A stretch of 64,000 nucleotides of DNA, from NCBI RefSeq assembly GCF_022539665.2, contig NC_081333.1:558001-622000 (forward strand), written 5' to 3'. Shown piece by piece: positions 59,097 through 64,000 of the stretch (position 1 is its first letter; each line of letters opens with the position of its first letter). The stretch comes from Daphnia carinata. Taxonomy: Eukaryota. A model generated the notes under the pieces. The model was not told where the DNA came from. It made no database searches and saw only the letters and a list, made by a program, of their open reading frames with translations. The position numbers and the translations under genes are program-made.

Positions 59097-61356
59097 TTTT
59101 CAATTGTTCCTCCAGCCACGCGTTATTCTCTCCATCCACGCTACTGAACTAACTGCGAATGGCATCCAATGGACTTAAATTGCCTACGCCAGTAATAACG
59201 AGTCTGAGCGATAGATGGCTACCTGTCGGAAAAAAAGAAAAAAGTGTGATTTTTTTTTTTTTTTTGGCGAATTTTTTTTTTTTTTTGTGTAAAACGGATT
59301 GCCATATACCTGGGCAATCTGATTCATCCCCCGGAAACTGCTTTAAAATATTTCCAAAATATCACATGCAGTTATCAAAAACCTGTATTTTAATTCTTAA
59401 AAAGTTACAACAAATAAGAAAACAAACATTATTCTTGAAATATTATAATTGATTACAATATTTTCCGTAATTTTGACATCGCGTACAGTGATGAAGCTCA
59501 CATATTCATTTATTTCATCAAATACCAAATATGTCTTCATCCATGACACAAATGGGGTATTCCTAGCGCTTAATCTACGACTGGTACAAAACAACGATTA
59601 TTATGTATAAGTTATTCTGGAACAGGATCTGAATTAAAGCTATCTATGAAAACGTAATTAGTCGAAATTCAAATAGCCGACGAAACAAATATTAGAAAAT
59701 GAAATAGTCTTGGGATCAATCATTTCTGACTTATCCGTTCGATGTGCCGACGAGGAAAATTTGCATCACGAGAACAACAATTTTGCAAAAAAGACGATTT
59801 CAAAAGGAACTAAGATAAACATCAGTAGGAATAGGCATAATCCAGTAACATACAGTAAATTTTTTAAAAATTGAATGCAGATGAAAACATATACATCACA
59901 AAGATTACCGAATAACAAACACATTTGTACCAGATTGATCAATAATAATAATAAATAGATTCGTGTTTATGCTTGTATTCAATTTCATTGAGTACTTTAC
60001 GGTGTCGTCTCGTTCACCATGATCTTTTACAGAATGGCAAGCGGGATTTTTCATTTAACGGTTCAGACGAGGAACTACATCTGATAGAGCAGATTTCAGT
60101 TTCGAAGATTCTTTTTTCCCTGTGATTTTCTTTTCCTTGCTGTATTTTCGGTCAGGCGAAGGCAATTGATTATTTTTATTTATATAACAAACGTCTGAAA
60201 GTTCCATGCCCTTTTGTTTTTATTTTACGAAAAGCGAGATAATCGGCATTACGGATAATCCATTCAGAAACCTACTGGATTTCTTGTCTGAATAATAGTT
60301 TCATTACGAGGTTCAACGATTGGCGATGATCTCCGGTGAGCGTCAAACACCACCATATTGATAAGAGGAAACAACTTACGGGGCCCGAAAAACATTCAAT
60401 AAAAACGTAGATATCAAACGACCAGGAATACAGGAAACATCTAATTACCTAGCGACAATTGAATATAGCATTGGACGAGAAGCTTAATAACTTTGTGACC
60501 CATAACACTATCAAGTATAAGACAACTCGGATTTATTTGACTAGACTATGTTCAGTAAAAACCTGGAAACCTTTGCTCCAAATCAAAGTGAAAAATTGGT
60601 TCCAGCTAACCAATTCGCTAACATCCCCATATTAAGGAGTTTCTTGTTGCAGACTTACAGCTTGAACTTCATTCGTTACCTTATAAGAAAATTTCCTGCA
60701 CAGCAGATACATATATACGTTTTGTGTATATATATATGATATAAATAATCATAAATCAACAATAAAACAAGCATGCATCCATTGCAATCAAGTAACAGTC
60801 CTCAACATGGGCTAAAGTAACTCTTTTTTTGTTTTTGTTTTTTTGTTATTCTGAAATCTCTTCCGTCTTCATTTTTAAATTGAGTTGTTTTAAAAAATTT
60901 CTGTATGCTTTTATAATAGCTTAGGTAATGGAATGGGAAATTTCTTATATATGTTTTAAGACATACGCAACATAACTGCTATAAACGGAACATAAAAAAG
61001 GGTATACGTTGACTGCTAAAACTTTAAAGTAATTCACGAACCAGCAAGGAAAGAGGCATGGTACGATTTTACCTTTTTTTTTCTTTCAAAGAAAGCAGAG
61101 ACAGGGGAAACTAGAGATCAAATAAATATATAAAGAGGAAAAACAATTGTGTGATTGGGATCAGTAGATCTACGTATGGTGCATGCTGGACAAGAACAAA
61201 TTTTCATAGTTTTTTTTTATTTTTGAAAAAAATCTGTAGGGTTACCTATTGCCGACGATTTTGAGAGCCCACAGGAAGGTGGGTTGTGCCCCTCTCTTCC
61301 GTGATAGAAAGAAAATTTCAACACGTTGAGGTGAGATTGGCTTTGACCCCAAATTT

Positions 61357-64000
61357 TCACACGGTCGTTGAATAGATCTGCGTTTTGTTACCCGGGGTAG
61401 ATTGAGATTCGTCGAAGCCACTGTTGTCCAACTCAGATGTTGCTGGAATCACCGCAGGGCAACGGATTTTACTGTTTCCAGCAGTATGATTGCTCGTCTG
61501 GCTCATCGCGCTGCTTGGGATATTTCCTTTCTTCTTTTTTAACATGGTAGCCTGTGAGTTCATTAAACATTTAATCAATCTGTTTACGTAGAAACTTTAT
61601 ACGCACTCTAAAATCGAACTTTATTTTTATTTTTACCACTCGAAAGAGTACGCTCTTTGAAAGTTCCTACAACACCGAAGAAACCTAATACTCCTAGTGA
61701 TAGGGTAACCATGCTCCAATTAGCCAGGATAGATAAGCATTTAAAAACTAAAAAGACCTCACTACGGCGGTACGAAGTAGTCGGAATATGAAAATACTTT
61801 AACAGTCAGGTGGGAAAAGCCAAGCGAAGATTGAGGTATTGAACATGAATCGATGGTAAATTAGGAAGAACACGCGGGTGCGAATTGGCTCAAGATTTAA
61901 TTGCGAAAAAGCGCTCAAAACTCCCATTTACGAACGCATAAACTTCTACTTTTCCAGCTAATTCCTACACTGGCAAGCGAAAATCAAGAAAAACGACCTT
62001 GGTATAGAAGAAAAAACCTATACTTCGAACGGTTTTTAATTTGATAGTTAAGCACAAATTAAATTGGCATCGATGTAAGCCATAACCAGTGGATAGAGGA
62101 CGGAAACGCCCATGTAGTACACCTCATTTTCATGTCAATGAACCGCCTTGTTTGTCTGTTTTTGTGTATCGTTTGTTGTTTGTGTTCGGCGTGTTTGTCT
62201 CCATTTGTCTATAGTATCAGGACTCGAAATTTAAACAACCGATTTGGTCGCTCTCAGCTGGCTCCAATGATTTACTGTAGGACCATCTATTTAGTCTACA
62301 CAGCCGATCATAAAAGCTGTTCAACGGGATCAAAACATCTAAATCCTTCCAGATCACATAAAGCTTTCTGTCGATTTCCGTTTCAACTTTTATTTACCGA
62401 ATTAAGTCTTTAAACGAGGCCGGTCGACAGTTAAACACTAAATCCGCTAATATTTTACCATATCGTAATAACTCCGGACTAGTTGGCGCTAAGCAATATA
62501 TCATACTCTAAGCTGGCAATCTCCGACACTTCTAATTGTCGCGAGGATTCTGCAACCAATTGGTGCGAGATTTTAAAATCAAACGGTCTTGTAAGATTGC
62601 CTCCCTCGAACATTGAGACAATTTTCGGGTAAGGGATCCTCCGCCCCCAGTTTCTTTTGAAATTCTCAGAATAAAAGACAAGGCATTGCTGAGAAATAAT
62701 GTACGCCGAGAAATACTCTTATCAACGGATGAGTGTTAAAACCTGACCGCCCTGATATACGCGCAATTCTTTTTGGGTAGTAATTACAAAAGTTCTAGAA
62801 ATTAAATACGTTTTTTTACCTTCAATGCTGATTTCAGCACAACTATTTCGCCAGCACATTGAATCCAAGGTTCACCGTCCACTTGAATTGGTAGTTCGCT
62901 GTTCATACGTATACGAATATGTCCACCCTGTTTGTTTTTTTTTTTTTTTTTTTTTAAAGAAAATGGGTGTTTCAATGTTTGAAGTTAGTTTATCATCTTT
63001 ATGTTAGACCTGTGCAATCCTTATGGCAGAGCGTAGTCCCGACTGAATTTGACCCAAATGGAGGACGCCGGTAACGCCTACAACTTCGAGCATGCCATCC
63101 CAATGATTTGGCACTGAGAACTGGTCGTCACGTTCAAAGCCCCATGGGTTCGCACCCGATCCCCAGCTGAAAATCAAACACCAAGTTAACCAATCTTGAA
63201 TTCATTCTTCCTTCCCTTGAACTATATTACCTTAAAATATTAAGAATGATGATTCCTTCAACAGGTGGTAGTTCCACGATTTTACCGTCTACTTCTAACC
63301 GGATTTCTTTGTGCATGTCTTTGCACATTTTGCGTCCCATCATTTTGCGTATGCCCATTTTAACATAAACGCCCTTGTTATGCAAGCTGGGAAAAAGAGA
63401 AACGAAATTATGTTCCAAAGAGGTGAAACGGATACCTCTTCGTGATACTTTATAAAACGATGCTTGAAAACATATGAATCCATGCAATCACTTACCGGCT
63501 ATTGAACTTATTGGGATTTTCTTCTCGAGCATTATGAAAATCCAGGCAAAGATCGGCGTCGATTCCAATTCCAAAATAGTTGTTCATAACAAATATTTGG
63601 GTGTTGTCCTCGTTGGAAATGGCTGTCGATGTTGACATGACGCCACCTGTTCCACAGCCACCTTTACCGTCCTCAAATAGTTTCTCGTCCGATGGATGAA
63701 AAACCACGGTCCATCTATCAAGTCGAATTTCTTCGGCTTCTATGACATCTCGTAACAAATTAAGGGGATCTTCTCCTCCAGTATAACCTGAATAAACGAA
63801 ATTTTGTTTTTATTAAAGGGTATTTTTTTTTGAATAGTTAACGTTGAAAAGGTACCTGATCCCCAGCGCAAGACGCGGGCCAAATCATTTCCGGTGCCAA
63901 GTGGAACAATTGCACAAGGAGGTGAGGAACATTCGCTGTCCTGACCTACATTGTCGAGGCACTGTAGGACCCATCCAATCGTACCATCGCCACCACACAC
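61357..64000 (-). CDS. DGKQ: Diacylglycerol kinase theta-like, 3' portion (5' part lies beyond the window)
   Basis: [11 protein letters not shown] and [15 protein letters not shown] (catalytic domain); [50 protein letters not shown] (accessory domain, theta-type). Confidence 0.92.

Larger units (their letters stand above)
54294..59306. mobile_element. ~5.0 kb palindromic (foldback-type) element with ~2.2 kb inverted arms and ~0.5 kb spacer; probably a non-autonomous DNA transposon
   Basis: Starts TATGGCAATCCGTTTTACA (54294) and ends TGTAAAACGGATTGCCATA (59306). ~54480-56390 is nearly the exact reverse complement of ~57220-59125; ORF 55718-55921(-) is mirrored by 57688-57891(+). Confidence 0.85.

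Overview
Gene-dense, AT-rich eukaryotic DNA with many short GT-AG introns. Gene content and intron size suggest an arthropod, probably a Daphnia-like crustacean (inference). Host genes in order: an Akap200/MARCKS-like myristoylated acidic protein (+), a CCDC9-like gene (-), UDP-glucose pyrophosphorylase (-), DCAF8 (+), a very large RIIa-D/D-domain + acidic + about 17x IQ-motif protein with an RFX X-box promoter (+), an ankyrin-repeat/Mab-21 (cGAS-like receptor) fusion with apparently intact catalytic residues (-), MRPL40 (+), neuroparsin (+), RFC4 (+), TIPIN (+), UPRT (+), and the 3' part of diacylglycerol kinase theta (-). The most unusual region is a ~5.0 kb palindromic (foldback) element at 54294-59306. 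Each ~2.2 kb arm carries a disrupted spliced gene and a GC-rich, hairpin-dense ~360 nt island, and the central spacer holds three degenerate tRNA-like units. Smaller palindromic MITE-like repeats also occur. All gene models were spliced by eye, so internal exon boundaries and some start codons are approximate.
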